A stretch of 34,458 nt of DNA from positions 1-34,458 of the forward strand of contig JYFJ02004552.1 of the NCBI GenBank assembly GCA_000934665.2, read 5' to 3'. Positions 21,869 through 33,672 of this stretch are shown here, piece by piece; position 1 is the first letter of the stretch; each line of letters begins with the position of its first letter. The translations under genes and the position numbers were made by a program. Under the pieces are notes generated by a model. The model was not told where the DNA came from. It was given only the letters and a program-made list of their open reading frames with translations, and did not search any database. This stretch comes from Catajapyx aquilonaris. Lineage: Eukaryota.

Positions 21869-24264
21869 TGTACTGATAGGCCTTGGTAAGGACCGTGAGC
21901 GGCCCTCGAACAGGCCCTCTGAGTAACACACGTCCTGACTTTGTGAACTCTAAGTGTTTACTGAATGACAACAATACCTGCCAGTTGACAACCTGATAGT
22001 CATGCCAACTGGCCAACAATACATCTCCCCCTTTTAGCGGGGCATCGTATAATACATCTCCCCCTCTTCGGCGGCGGGCGACCCGTGGATCTAGGCTGCG
22101 TCAGGGTTGTCCTCTTCAGCACCTGCTTGATGACCACGTCCTTTTCGTCGACCTTCAGGCGGTCGGTGGTGTGGTCCAGGTGGTCCTGCAGGATGCAGCC
22201 AGACTGCCCCGTCTGGGGGGCGATGGCCTCCAACATGTACCTGCGGTAAGGGACACAGCGGCTGTCGCGTAGGTCTTGTGCGCTGGAGGTGTCAGCTGGT
22301 GCGTCTTCCACGGCTGCTTCGGCCGGGGCGTCAGAAGGGGCAGCGTCCATGGGCGCTGGCTGGCGGTCCCTGATGCTGCTCTGGTACTCTTCTGAGGATG
22401 ACTTCTTGGCCACCTGGCTGCATCCTCCGCGTCCGAGTGTCCGACACTGGTCTGTCCTCCTCCTCGCATTCATCTTTTACTGGGTGCAGGCGTCCCCGGT
22501 CGACCTGGCGGAGGTGGGGGTTCTGGCGGGAGCGGTTGGCGCGGGGGTGGTGGTGTCCTTTGGCCGCTGGGGCCGGGCCCCTGTTGTAGTGGCCGGGTCG
22601 GACGGGGTCGCCTGTGTTATTGTTTCTGGGGTTACCTGTCACGAATCGCGTGGATTCGTTAGTCTTTCTTGAATAAGTTTTAGTCTGGGGGCCTGCCCCC
22701 GGGTTTCGCGGTTGCTTTGGCGACTCGCCCCCCGGGGGCCGTCCACTTTCCGGCCTTGTTACTTGCGTCATTGACGCTTTTGGTGGGACTGCCTGTTCTG
22801 TCCGTCATGTGTCGTCAACTTCTCGTTGAATGTAGACGTCCGTTAACGTTGTTCGTACGCCTAGTGCGTGATAGTACTTTTTCTTTTCCGACGTTTTGTT
22901 TTGTGGTCGCCGACGACCCCTCAGGTTCTCGGCTTGTGGGTTGTGGACCACCAATAGCATCCCGCTTAACGGGCTTCTCTTTTTCAGGGACATATTTGAA
23001 CTCTCCCCTTCAGGGATAGACCGTTGCATTAATAATAGGGTTTTCTTCAGCATTTAGCACAATACGGCAGACTTAAGCCATTAATTTTGGCTCTTCAAGC
23101 GTAAGGCATAGTGTCCTGTAGTGAGGATTAGGGCCTTGGATCGGCCTAGAGGTTGAAAGGCTACGTCGGGCCAACCTCTATAAATATTTTCAACTGATTC
23201 CTCCGGAGACCTTGCCGGAGGACCTGAGGCTGCGGCACTTCCTCCTCTCCAGAACCTCGTGTAGCTCTGGATCCTGCTTGGATGCCTGCTGAGGAGTGAC
23301 CCCAACGTTGGTCCCGGCGGTGGCTATCATGTAGTGGCCCTTGGCGGCAGTCACCACACGGTCCCGGACGGAGTAGTTGATGACTTCTCTTGCTTCCAAG
23401 CTCCCCAATAATGTGTCTTGGAATGACTGACAAACTGCGCCGTAGTGCCCTGCTGTCTTGAAACAGGCACACATCTCGGAAGCAATATGCTTCTGGTTCT
23501 TATGACCACTTGAACCGTTATTCTTGCCAGCGGACCCTTTGGTGTGACTGGAAGAATGAACCCGGTCCTGTTCCAGCATCTCCTTACCTTGGAGAGTAGA
23601 CTGCTGCTGCTTGACGGACAGCCTGGCCTGAGTGACGGCGCACTGTTCGGCCGCTGGCTTCCTGTCTAGCTTTGACGGTAGGGGTAGACTCGGCTCACCC
23701 CGTTGCTGCTGCTGCTGCTGCTTGACGTCTTCAGACAGCCAGGCTTGCGTGACGTTCAACTCCTGCGTTCGATTCTTCTTGACACAGTGATTCTCGAACA
23801 ACATCAACAGAAGGTCGTAGTCACTCATAGCAACCTCGTCCAGGTGGAAATTTATCAAGACTTCCTCCGCCTGAGGTCCCATACAGTATACTAAAGCATC
23901 AACTTGATAGGCCGCCTGCTGCTTGTCCAACTTGGACAGGGCCCTGTACCTTTGGAAGCACATTTTCCAAAGAGTCCATGCTTCTGGATGTTGGAAGTCG
24001 AGAGGTTCCGGAGGTAGAAATGGGCAGGATGCCATGTCCGCTGCAATAAGCGTCTCTGACCTCGGAACCAACAATGGTAGGGGTAGAATGTCTCACCCCG
24101 CTGCCACCATGTACTGATAGGCCTTGGTAAGGCCCGTGAGCGGCCCTCGAACAGGCCCTCTGAGTAACACACGTCCTGACTTTGTGAACTCTAAGTGTTT
24201 ACTGAATGACAACAATACCTGCCAGTTGACAACCTGATAGTCATGCCAACTGGCCAACAATACA
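21869..24264 (-). mobile_element. Gag-only Mag-like Gypsy LTR element (TR-GAG-like)
   Basis: 155-bp LTRs (21869-22023, 24110-24264) with 1 visible mismatch; 5-bp TSD TAACC; PBS TGGTGGCAGCGG (tRNA-Leu AAG/TAG-type); PPT AAAAGGGGGAGA. Confidence 0.93.
23190..24035 (-). CDS. gag: Mag-type Gag, internally deleted
   Basis: PPEPLDF..PEAW..WK..F.RY...YQVDALVYCMG..AEEVL resembles Mag-clade gag N-termini; knuckle remnant CACFKTAGHYGAVC. Confidence 0.8.
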   Translation of the reverse strand: MASCPFLPPEPLDFQHPEAWTLWKMCFQRYRALSKLDKQQAAYQVDALVYCMGPQAEEVLINFHLDEVAMSDYDLLLMLFENHCVKKNRTQELNVTQAWLSEDVKQQQQQQRGEPSLPLPSKLDRKPAAEQCAVTQARLSVKQQQSTLQGKEMLEQDRVHSSSHTKGSAGKNNGSSGHKNQKHIASEMCACFKTAGHYGAVCQSFQDTLLGSLEAREVINYSVRDRVVTAAKGHYMIATAGTNVGVTPQQASKQDPELHEVLERRKCRSLRSSGKVSGGIS

Positions 24265-24532
24265 TAACCAACGATGCGATGTGGCATAACCTGGCAACAA
24301 CTGCGCGCCACCTATCAACAAAACAGTCCGTTCAACTAGCGCCTATCGCGTGACGCGTCTGAGCGTACCCGTTCCTTGTCTATAAACCCCCTCTAGATGG
24401 CGTTTCCGGACACGGGTTCCTGTGTCAAAAATACTTGTCTTGGTCCCCTCTATTACCCCTGAAAGTCTTTGCAGAGTTACAATAAACACCCTGTATATAC
24501 TTGACGCGCTACGGTGGGTGTGGTTGTTTCAA

Positions 24533-25780
24533 ACCAGCCATACCTAGGTGCACTTGTTTTAAAACAGCCAGAGCTAGTTCTGTTCGTTCCTGCGCATTCA
24601 TATACAGGGTGTAAATGAATTCAACCGACAAACTTCTAGGGGTGATAGAGGGGACCAAGACAAACATTTTTGACATAGGAAACCGTGCCCGGAAACGCCA
24701 TACAGAGGGGGTTCATAGACGAGGAACGGGTACGCTCAGACGCGTCACGCGAGAGGCGCAAGTCGAGCGGACTGTTTTGTTGATAGATGGCGCGCAGTTG
24801 TTGCCAGGTTATGGCGTATCGCGTCGTTGTAAGTAAACAACAACACGATACGCCATAACCTGGCAACAACAGAACCGCTGTTGACTATCCGCGCGTCTCT
24901 TAGGAGGCGGACTTTAGTTGCTAGATGACTGTTGTTGCCACGTTGTGGCACATCGTATCGTTGGTTACTATCCGAGCGCCATCTATCAACAACACAGTCC
25001 ACTCGCCTAGCGCCTCACGCGTGACGCGTCTGAGAGCACCCATTCATTGTCTAGGAACCCCCTCTAGATGGCGTTTCCGGACACGGTTTCCTATGTCAAA
25101 AATGTTTGTCTTGGTCCCCTCTATCACCCCTAGAAGTTTGTCGGTTGAATTCATTTACACCCTGTATACCTATGGATGTGGATGTGATGGGGGCGATGGA
25201 TGATGCTATGTTTTGATGCGGTTGTGGGGCTTTTGGGTGACCGCACCAGGGCTGTCCTTCGTCGTTGTGGCCCTGCCGGGCACGGTCCGTCGCATTGTCA
25301 TATAATTTTAGTTAGTTGCGAGCTCTAGTTAGTTGCGGGCGTAGCGAGCTGAGCGCTTATTGTGGGTTGTGTATCAGCCCAACAATATTGTCCGTCTTTG
25401 TGCGCCCCAGACCAACGAACGTTATTGTGACTTGGCCAATCCCTGGAATGTCCTTGGCAAAGCCACAATATCATTATTTTGTTGGCCTGTAGCGGCACAA
25501 GGCAACCAGTACTGTTGGGCAGATACACAACTCACAATGTGCGCTTAGCTCGCTACGCTCGCAACTAACTAAAATTATCTGGCAATGCAACGGACCGTGC
25601 CCGGCAGGGCCACAACGAAGGACAGGCCTGGTGCGGTCACCCCAGAGCCCCAAAGCCACACCAACACAAAGGGCTTCATCCATCGCCCCCATCACCTCCA
25701 ATTCATAGATACATTAATAATAATCAGGAACGACCAGAACTAGCTGTGCCTGTTTTAAACTATACAACCCTACGTCTGGT
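24533..25780. mobile_element. Foldback/long-inverted-repeat element, left arm split by a MITE
   Basis: 24556-24592 is inverse to 25725-25760; 25170-25375 is inverse to 25520-25708. Confidence 0.75.
24605..25164. mobile_element. Tc1/mariner-type MITE, 560 bp
   Basis: TA|CAGGGTGTAAATGAATTC...GAATTCATTTACACCCTG|TA; TIRs about 190 bp. Confidence 0.92.
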
Positions 25781-26189
25781 AGTTTTTTTTTTCGGCCGAT
25801 GGCGGTTTTCGGGGTTTGAGACTAACATAATTATGCACTTATCTGGCCAGTTCAGTGAATACGTCGGGCCCTCGTGAAGCTAGCCGTACCCACAGTAATT
25901 TTTTAAATACCGGTATAGCATATATTCCGAAACAAACCATTTGTTCATCAAAACAAACGTAAACAAGCGATAAACAAATGATGCATGTATGTATTGAACC
26001 AATCAGTATTATGGACATAACCTATCATGGGCGGAATTATTTCGTCCCACTTATAGTTACTGCTATCTTAGCCTAGTACTAGTGCCAACACCGGTACTGC
26101 TAAGTAAGCAAATTTCCAGGAAGAATCACACATGTCAGCGGTGACATTTTTCATGGAATGATAATTATGATTAGAAGGCTTCAGGAGTA

Positions 26190-26520
26190 TCTGGTAAAAC
26201 ATGGTATGTCCCCAAAATGATCTAAGCACTACCCCAGGACGACCCCTGCTCGTGTCGTTGATGCCATCATGCAATATGTTAAAGTCCTTCAAGGCTAGCG
26301 TCTCGCTACTCGTTCAGAAAAATTAACATATGTACAGCACATATTTCCTTCCTGAAAAGCTTTCTGTCAGCCTCATGCACAAAATATTATACTGTATGAC
26401 GAAAATAAGCCAGAACTTCATGTGATTTAGACAGTTCACAGGAATATTTTCATGCAGAATTACAATTTAATGTTTGGCATGCCTCGAAGCGACACATGTG
26501 ACTATTTTGTGTATCAACAT
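26190..26520 (+). pseudogene. Sola1-like transposase relic
   Basis: Manual translation across frameshifts gives KSFKASVS.YS, LPEKLSVSLMHK and RNIFMQNYNLMFGMPRSDTCD, resembling the SHY.R / YL..L..MY / FN..F..P..DTC motifs. Confidence 0.6.
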
Positions 26521-26975
26521 TTCAAAAAGAATTGTCCCGTCGAGCGAGGTAGCCAGGCTCGGTTTTAGAATCCCATGTAGGGGGGCGAAGGCAAGGAACA
26601 GTGAATAGGCCGCTGTAATCTTTGGCCGAAGGTAACAAAGCCAAGGCCACGAGTGGGATGAGGGGGAGAAGGAGTGCATATGTTGGATAAAGGCTGTTTT
26701 ACGAATTCGATTTTCGCGTTGTAACGCGACTTCCTAACGCCGGACGGCAAGCAACGCGCGCGGCAGACCAATTTATCAAAAGGCAACGCGCAGCACACAG
26801 CCGCGTTTGGCCGTCGGAAGAGCGAGACGCCGGCTTCAAAAAATTTAGAAGTCGGACTGCATGCCGCCGCGTTGAGCCAATCGGAAGGAGGGTCGTCCAG
26901 GCCCGTGACATCCACGCCGCCCTCACCTCCTCTCCTCCTCGTCCCCCCCCCCCCCTTGCTTCTTTTCCCCCAATG

Positions 26976-27249
26976 TAGTGTTGGGCAAAAGCTGCTTTTT
27001 TTACAAAGCAGCTTCAGTAGTAACTGCTTACAAAAAAAACGCTTCAAAAAGCTGCTTTAAAAATGGCGGTCAAATTGTTAGATACTAAAATAATACCAGT
27101 TGTAACATACTTTAAGGCAGAGCGCAGAGGCAGAAAAAAAGGCAGTTTGTCTCCAAAAGCAGCTTTTCCTCAAACTCAAAGCAGTGTATGTACTGCTTTT
27201 TTCTTAAGCAGCTTTTAAAAAGCTGCTTAGCTTTTTGGGCCCAACACTA
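26976..27249. mobile_element. hAT-type MITE
   Basis: TIR TAGTGTTGGGC/GCCCAACACTA; 8-bp TSD CCCCAATG/CCCCTATG; many AAAGCWGCTT subterminal repeats. Confidence 0.85.
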
Positions 27250-28171
27250 CCCCTATGTTTTTCCCAGTCCGCCTGGCCGCTAATGTCCCGTCCTTTTGCC
27301 TCCGTCCCGTCCGCCTTCGCCACGTATGTGGTCCAGGACACTGCCCTCACCCGGGTAACCGCCCTGGAAGCCGCCCCGAGCCCGCCCGACCCCAGGTTGG
27401 CCTAGCGCACGTACTTCTCCGACCCTCTCCTTCTCATACTTGCCCATACCTTCTCATACTTTGTCGCGAGCGGCAACCTTTTCGTAAATTGACACACGGC
27501 AGGAAGCGGCGTTTTGCCGCGCACCCGCATGCCGCGACGACTTGCAGTTTGCGGTGTGAAGTCGCGTTATAACGCGAAAAGGGAATTCGTAAAACAGCCT
27601 TAATATGAGTTAGGAGGACAGTACTACACTGCATTTGACCTACTCAAACTACAGAATATTTATACAACAATATCGATTGTACAACGCCACTCTGTAATTC
27701 AGTTATTGACTAACACCAACGATACAATATGCACACAACTTGACAGATATAGTGACATTGTCTAATTAACAATACAACACAGTCAACTCACACCAGACCC
27801 AACTATAAACTATTCCTGATCACAACACTCAAAAGGCAACAGTCACATGTTTCAATATCAGTGTCTTAACTCAAACAAATTCTATCAAGCTATCCTCGCC
27901 ATACACGACCTCCCTTATTTTATTATTTTGGCTTCTCCACCGACGCTTGACCAGACAAGACGTGGGAAAAATCGAGCTCCGTACTAGGGTGCATATAACC
28001 AGGACGCAAGGGCAGGTTGGCCTCCTGGGCAAAGGCCTGGTTTAGTGGCTGTAGTGGCCTCCCCAGGGGCCACACCCGTCCAAAGGGTGAGTGTGATCAG
28101 TGTTAATTACCGCCTAATTATGGTCAGGGCGAACGGATACTGATAATTTACTTTCAGCATTGGTCGAGAAA

Positions 28172-29423
28172 ATGGGGAACGACGTAGTCCAATGGCGGGC
28201 GGCTCTGCCAAGGGGTCCAGGTTCAGCACACAGCTCGACAAGGACCATGGCTGCCCGGAAGGACAGCGTAAAGGGAAGGAGATGGATCCTCTGCCTGTTG
28301 CTGCTGATGGGAGGAGCCTTTTTGACAGGACCACGAGCATACGAGGGCGGCCTCAAGAAGGAAGTGGATCAGTGTGTGTTTGCTGGGAAGGGTGTAATGG
28401 GTGTGTCTAGGGTCCTGCAGGGTGACACGCTTGGCGTCAAATTGTTCACCCCCCCAAACACTGATTAACGTGTTGTTGAGGCGGGGTGGAGTGGAGATCA
28501 ATCCTGGTCCCATAACCGGACACTCCCCCACGGGTTTAAGGATAACGGGGGTAGAAGGCGATAAGGAAAAGGAAGTGGTTCCGATCCCTCTTGGATTGCA
28601 AGCAACCCCTTTATCTACGATGGCATCCGCAAAAAGGACAAGGTCAGAACTTACTCCAGAACAAGTGATACAACAAGAAGACCTAAAGAGCTATGTAGTC
28701 GATTTAGCTAAAACGATGTCAGACAAATGGGATAATTTGGCCAAGGTTATGTCGGACAAAATGGATAAATTTATAGAAGGCTGTAGGGAAGCAATAGAAC
28801 ATAATAAGAAGGAAATTCAAGGCCTTAAAAAAGAGTTAAGAGAGAAGGACGAGCAAATTAATCAGTTATGGGATAAAGTAACGGATCTGGAAGACAGACA
28901 GAGGGAGGGAAATCTAGTATTTTTTGGCTTGGATACCAGCCCGGCTATGCCGGCGACAGACTGTAGAAGGGCGCTAAACGAGCTGTTCCACACCAAGTTA
29001 AACATTGACCCGTCAAAGGTGTTCATAGACAGAGTGCATGTCCTAGGGAAATCTTTAAGACCACCAATAATTGCCAAGATCCCATACTCGCTGGACCGCA
29101 CACAGATTTTGACCAACGCAAAAAAACTGAAAGGCACATCAATATCGATATCCCAAGACTACTCACTGAGGACTAGAAGTGCGAGAAAGTCACTGTGGAA
29201 AGAAAGACATGTGTTAGGCCCAAACGCAAGTTATGTTAAATTAGTGAAGGATAAACTGATAATCGATGGAGCTACGTATAGGGTGAAGGGTGACACAATT
29301 ATAGGGCCAAAGGGAGAACTTATAACGCAAGAGCTGGGGCAAGACTCAACGAGTAGGGCAACGCATGGAGAGGCAAGCGGCTATAGTGGAGAGGATACTC
29401 TTCGGGCACAAGCTGACTCTTAA
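28172..29423 (+). pseudogene. LINE ORF1: hydrophobic leader + 2A-like motif + L1-type coiled coil/RRM/CTD; frame switch in C7 run 28449-28455
   Basis: MGNDVVQWRAA...RWILCLLLLMGGAFL; LLRRGGVEINPGP; DLEDRQREGNLVFFGL; KKLKGTSISISQDYS. Confidence 0.85.
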
Positions 29424-32400
29424 TACCGGCCCCCCCTAACAAAACAGTATCCAAGAGTCAGAAACGGCATACTCGGTTACCAACCCCAACGAAAATAATA
29501 ACATGGAACATTGCTGGGCGCAAAATGGTGGAGTGTTTTGCCGAATTGGGAGTAAGAATGGAGGGAAGGAAAATATTAGCTTTTTTGGATACGTGGAAAA
29601 ATAAAAATAAGAAAGGGATGTCGGACTCGCTACCGAAAAGTCTTAAAGACAAAGTCAGGGTTTATGAGGCCCCGGCCAGAGGGACAGGGGCCAGACCTTC
29701 TGGAGGAATCTCAGTGGCGATAAACACCAAACTAAAACATGAAGTTATTCTGTTGGATCCATATTGGTGCATGTTTTATTTACATCTGTCCTATGGTAGA
29801 GTGTTACGGGTGACAGCATATTTGCCTCCAAACTCTAATTATACGTTGTATATTAAGCAACTGAGTAACTTAGTTCAGGAGAATAGGAGAGAAGGGGAAC
29901 CAATACTAATAACGGGAGATCTGAATGGGAGAATTGGAGGATTTGAGAACTTAATAGAGGGTCAAACCAACTGCAAGACACCCAGACAGACCAAAGACGA
30001 GGTGGTTAATGACAGGGGTAAATTGCTGATTAAACTCATGTCAAAATTTAATCTGACACCTCTCAATGGAGCACTGGCGGACAAATCATCTGAGGAATTT
30101 ACGTATGTGGGGTTAGGAGGGAATAGTACAATTGATCTAGGTCTGTTATCAAATGCCCATTTAGACCTGGCAATAGATATGCAAGTATTGGAAACGAACA
30201 TTTCCGATCATTTTCCAACCGAGATAAATTTGGACGTCCAGACCTCAGGCAGGGAGGAAGGGGGCCAAACAATAACAAAATTTATGTATAATGAAGGGAA
30301 GTTCAAGAACTTTTGGGAATCCTCGAAATACTTGGAAGTGCTGGACACATCAAAAGTGGATCAAATCAAATTTATGAAAACCTTACAAGGGGCCCTGATC
30401 GAGGCGGGGCTAATTAGAGAATTGAAGATCCGCCCATTGAATAAGTCGTTGCCGTGGATTGATTCGGAGATCAAAGGATTGAGAAAGGGCCTAAGAAAGG
30501 CATTGGAACTAGCAAGACAGAAGAATAATTCAGAAGAGTAATATAATAATAATAATATCGTACCCCATTGAAGCCGTTCTGGCTTTTTAGGGGGGAGATT
30601 TGTTTTTTTGGCTGGAACTCTTGTAGACTTTATTTCACTTTTTGGGACGGGATAGGGATGGAATGAAGCGGCTGTGGCCTATTAACTAGGAAACAACTCC
30701 GGTATTCACCTGGAGGAACCGTGGGAAACCACAGAAAACCACGGTCAGAGTTGCCGGCACCGGGATTCGAACCTCGAACCCAGGACCTCCCGATTAGCAG
30801 GCGGACTCCATATCCACTACACCAACCTGCTTCGGTTAATTCAGAAGAGTATAATGTATATAAACAGCGAAAAAAAGAGCTAGGGATAATGCAGGAAAAA
30901 AGAGGCAGGACCACTTTCAAAAGATATATCAGGCGTTATTGGACTCCAACTCACAAGGGGAATTTTGGACCCAACTCAGAAATTTCTCAGATAGAGAGAG
31001 GATATGTCAGGGAATCACGGAACAGCAATGGAGACAACACTTTGCAAGCGTCTTCGGGCAAAGAGGAGAGGATAAGTTATATACAGGATGGCGGACAAGA
31101 TCACTTAGCTTAGTGGCCCATTTTGATGATGCGTTTTCAATGCAAGAGCTGAACTTGGTGCTGGGTTCAATGCAAACGAAGTCAGCACCGGGTCCGGACC
31201 TGGTTCCGAACGTGGTGTACAAGATAGACCAAGAACAATGGAGAAGTCAGCTTCTAGCGATTGTAAATCAGGTCTATGAGACAGCAATAATACCTGCGAA
31301 TTGGGCGAATAGTAGAGTAGTACCTATCTTCAAAAAAGGAAATCCTAAGAACCCATCAAACTATCGTCCTATATCACTAATTAATAATATAATTAAGGTC
31401 ATCACGTCACTATTAAACAGAAGGCTAAATACATTCTTGGACACTAATAATATTATACCAGAAGAGCAGAACGGGTTCAGAAAAGGGAGGTCAGCAGTCG
31501 AGCACATCTTTTCACTCTTGGCACTGATCCAACTAAGATTAGCAAAAGGAGCGAAAGTGTACGCAGCATTCATTGACTTGGCTCAGGCTTTCGACTCGTT
31601 AACGCATGCACTACTGTTTAATAAGTTGGCGGAGATGGGGATTTCTAGCAAATTCATAAGGATAGTAGAAGCTATATATGAGAAGATGGAAATTACGCAG
31701 ATAGATAAATATAAACTGGAGGAGAATATAAAGGTGAGATCGGGAGTACTGCAAGGAGATGCACTAAGTCCAACACTTTTCAACAGTTTTTTATCGGACC
31801 TTAAACAGTTTCTGAATAAGAACTCAGCGCCAGGAATTCGTATACCTACCACAAATATGGAGATTAACTTTTTACAGTATGCGGACGATTTAGTGTTACT
31901 AGCAGATAATCCCCTTTATCTTCAAAAATTACTTGATTTATTGGACACATACCTGGCTGAGAAAGAACTCAAGGTAAATTCCGATAAAACGAAGGTAGTG
32001 GTCTTTAGAAGAGCGGGAAGATTGAAGGCGGCGGATAGATTTAGGTTAAGTGGACTGAAGTTGGAGGTGGTTCCAGGCTACAAATATTTGGGGGTTACAT
32101 TTAAACATAATTTAAACTTTAAGGAACATGAACAAGAAAAATATAGGCAAGCTCTAAATACGATTAATGCCAGTTGGCCAACACTAATTAGAGCCTAATT
32201 ACCTAAGTTCAAACAGCATTTTGACTTCCTGGATTTAAAAATACTACCTATAATGGGCTATGCCGAAGAGGTCTGGGCACTTAATAATTCTGACTCACAC
32301 GAGAAGATTCAAAGAGCCTTTATAAGGAAATTATATCTGCCAGGTCTGAAGGTGGCGAACTTTTTCTTAAGACTAGAAACAGGTAGAATTCACTTAGAAT

Positions 32401-33077
32401 ATAGAGTAATAAAGTCCATAATAAGTTGGCTACTACATTTAAGTAAACTGAATGACTCCAGACTACCGAGAGTATTCTCAGAAGCATTGTACAAGCAATA
32501 TAGCGAGATAGGTCAAGAGGGGATTAAATATAACTGGGTGACACAAGTAGAATCAGTATTCAAGAAATATGGATTTACTATGAGAGAGATATTAAATAAT
32601 TGTAACAACAAAACCCCAGGCGGAAACGCTAGCATTGTACAAAACATTAAAGACCAGCTGAGAATGAGGGACATTGAAGCACTTAACCGTTCAGAAACGT
32701 ACAGATATTATATTGACATACACTCCTCACCTAACCCATCTGGATACTTATTATCAACGAATTTATCTTTAACTAATAAGAGGATAATATTAGCCATAAG
32801 AAACAATAGTAACTGGATCCCTCTGACACATGTCTCCTCTTTAACAATAGAGCCGGACAACTTATGTACAATTTGTGGCCAATCCAATAGAGAGAATTGG
32901 TACCACATCATTTTTGAATGTAGAATCTTAGAACAAAGAAGGAGGGATGTAAACTTAAATAATGTGTCCAGGTCCCAATTCTTGGTCGAGTTGGGTGATA
33001 TCAGTAATGAAAAGTTTGAAATTGTAAAAAGGCTATTAAATACCTATTATAGATATAAAAGATTAAGTGAAGACTAA
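29417..33077 (+). pseudogene. LINE ORF2: AP endonuclease + RT + C-terminal CCHC; disrupted
   Basis: TWNIAG, GDLNGRIG, SDHFP; SAPGPD, NYRPISL, GVLQGDALSP, YADD; CTIC...HIIFEC. Disrupted by a SINE at 30541, a frameshift near 30900 and a premature TAA at 32196. Confidence 0.95.
30541..30836 (-). mobile_element. tRNA-derived SINE (family SC) inserted in LINE ORF2
   Basis: A-box TGGTGTAGTGG; duplicated B-box GGTTCGAGGTTCGAATCCC; (TTA)n tail; 15-bp TSD TAATTCAGAAGAGTA (30526-30540, 30837-30851). Confidence 0.92.
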
Positions 33078-33438
33078 AATAATAACAGTTAAAGTAAATA
33101 AATAAATAAAAACAGAGGTTTTAATACACAGGATATGAGGAAAGTAAATAGACCACGGCGTTCCATAAAGAAAATTGTCGAGGTGGTGAAGTCCGCCCCC
33201 ATGTTAGGGGGGCGCAAAAGTGCTATGTTTTTCTAAAGGATGTAACAATATGTCAATAAACTTATTATTATTATATTATTATTATTATTATTTTATTATT
33301 TTACTAATCGCTACCTAGGAACTATAGTCGCCGGGAAGCTGGCGTGCAAACAGGTCTAGCACTTCCTCCGCTGTGACCTCTATTTCACGGTGTACGTGCA
33401 ACAAGCCCAATACCACAAGTCGCTCCTCGCTCATTGTG

Positions 33439-33672
33439 CTACGCAACCGTGTCTTCAGCGTTCAGCCTCCTCAAGGTTGAGAAAGACCTTTCCGCAGTAG
33501 CAGTTGTGACTGGTACGACAGCAAATCTGTGGACAAGGCGCAGTACGTGTTGAAAAGCTGACAGGACCACGCCACTCTCCTCGTTGACATGGTAAAGCGT
33601 CTCTATAGCACGCTTGGGTCTAATTGATTTGGAATGCCAGTATTGTTGCCACATATCTAATTCCGCTTGCAA
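33439..33672 (-). pseudogene. hAT transposase C-terminal dimerisation domain relic
   Basis: AELDMW...FAVVPVTTATAERSFSTLRRL is the canonical hATC motif. Confidence 0.85.

Larger units (their letters stand above)
21259..24493. mobile_element. Tc1/mariner-type MITE (long TIRs) carrying two nested retroelements
   Basis: TA|CAGGGTGTTTATTGTAACTCTGC...AATAAACACCCTG|TA; related to 24605-25164. Confidence 0.88.
27930..33287 (+). mobile_element. Full-length APE-type non-LTR retrotransposon (clade not assigned)
   Basis: 15-bp TSD TTATTTTATTATTTT (27915-27929, 33288-33302); ORF1 + ORF2; AATAAA and (TTA)n tail. Confidence 0.93.

Noticed and set aside
20795..21889. 364-aa ORF with poly-Leu stretch
   Set aside because: Chance read-through across a MITE, a SINE (TTA)n tail and an LTR edge
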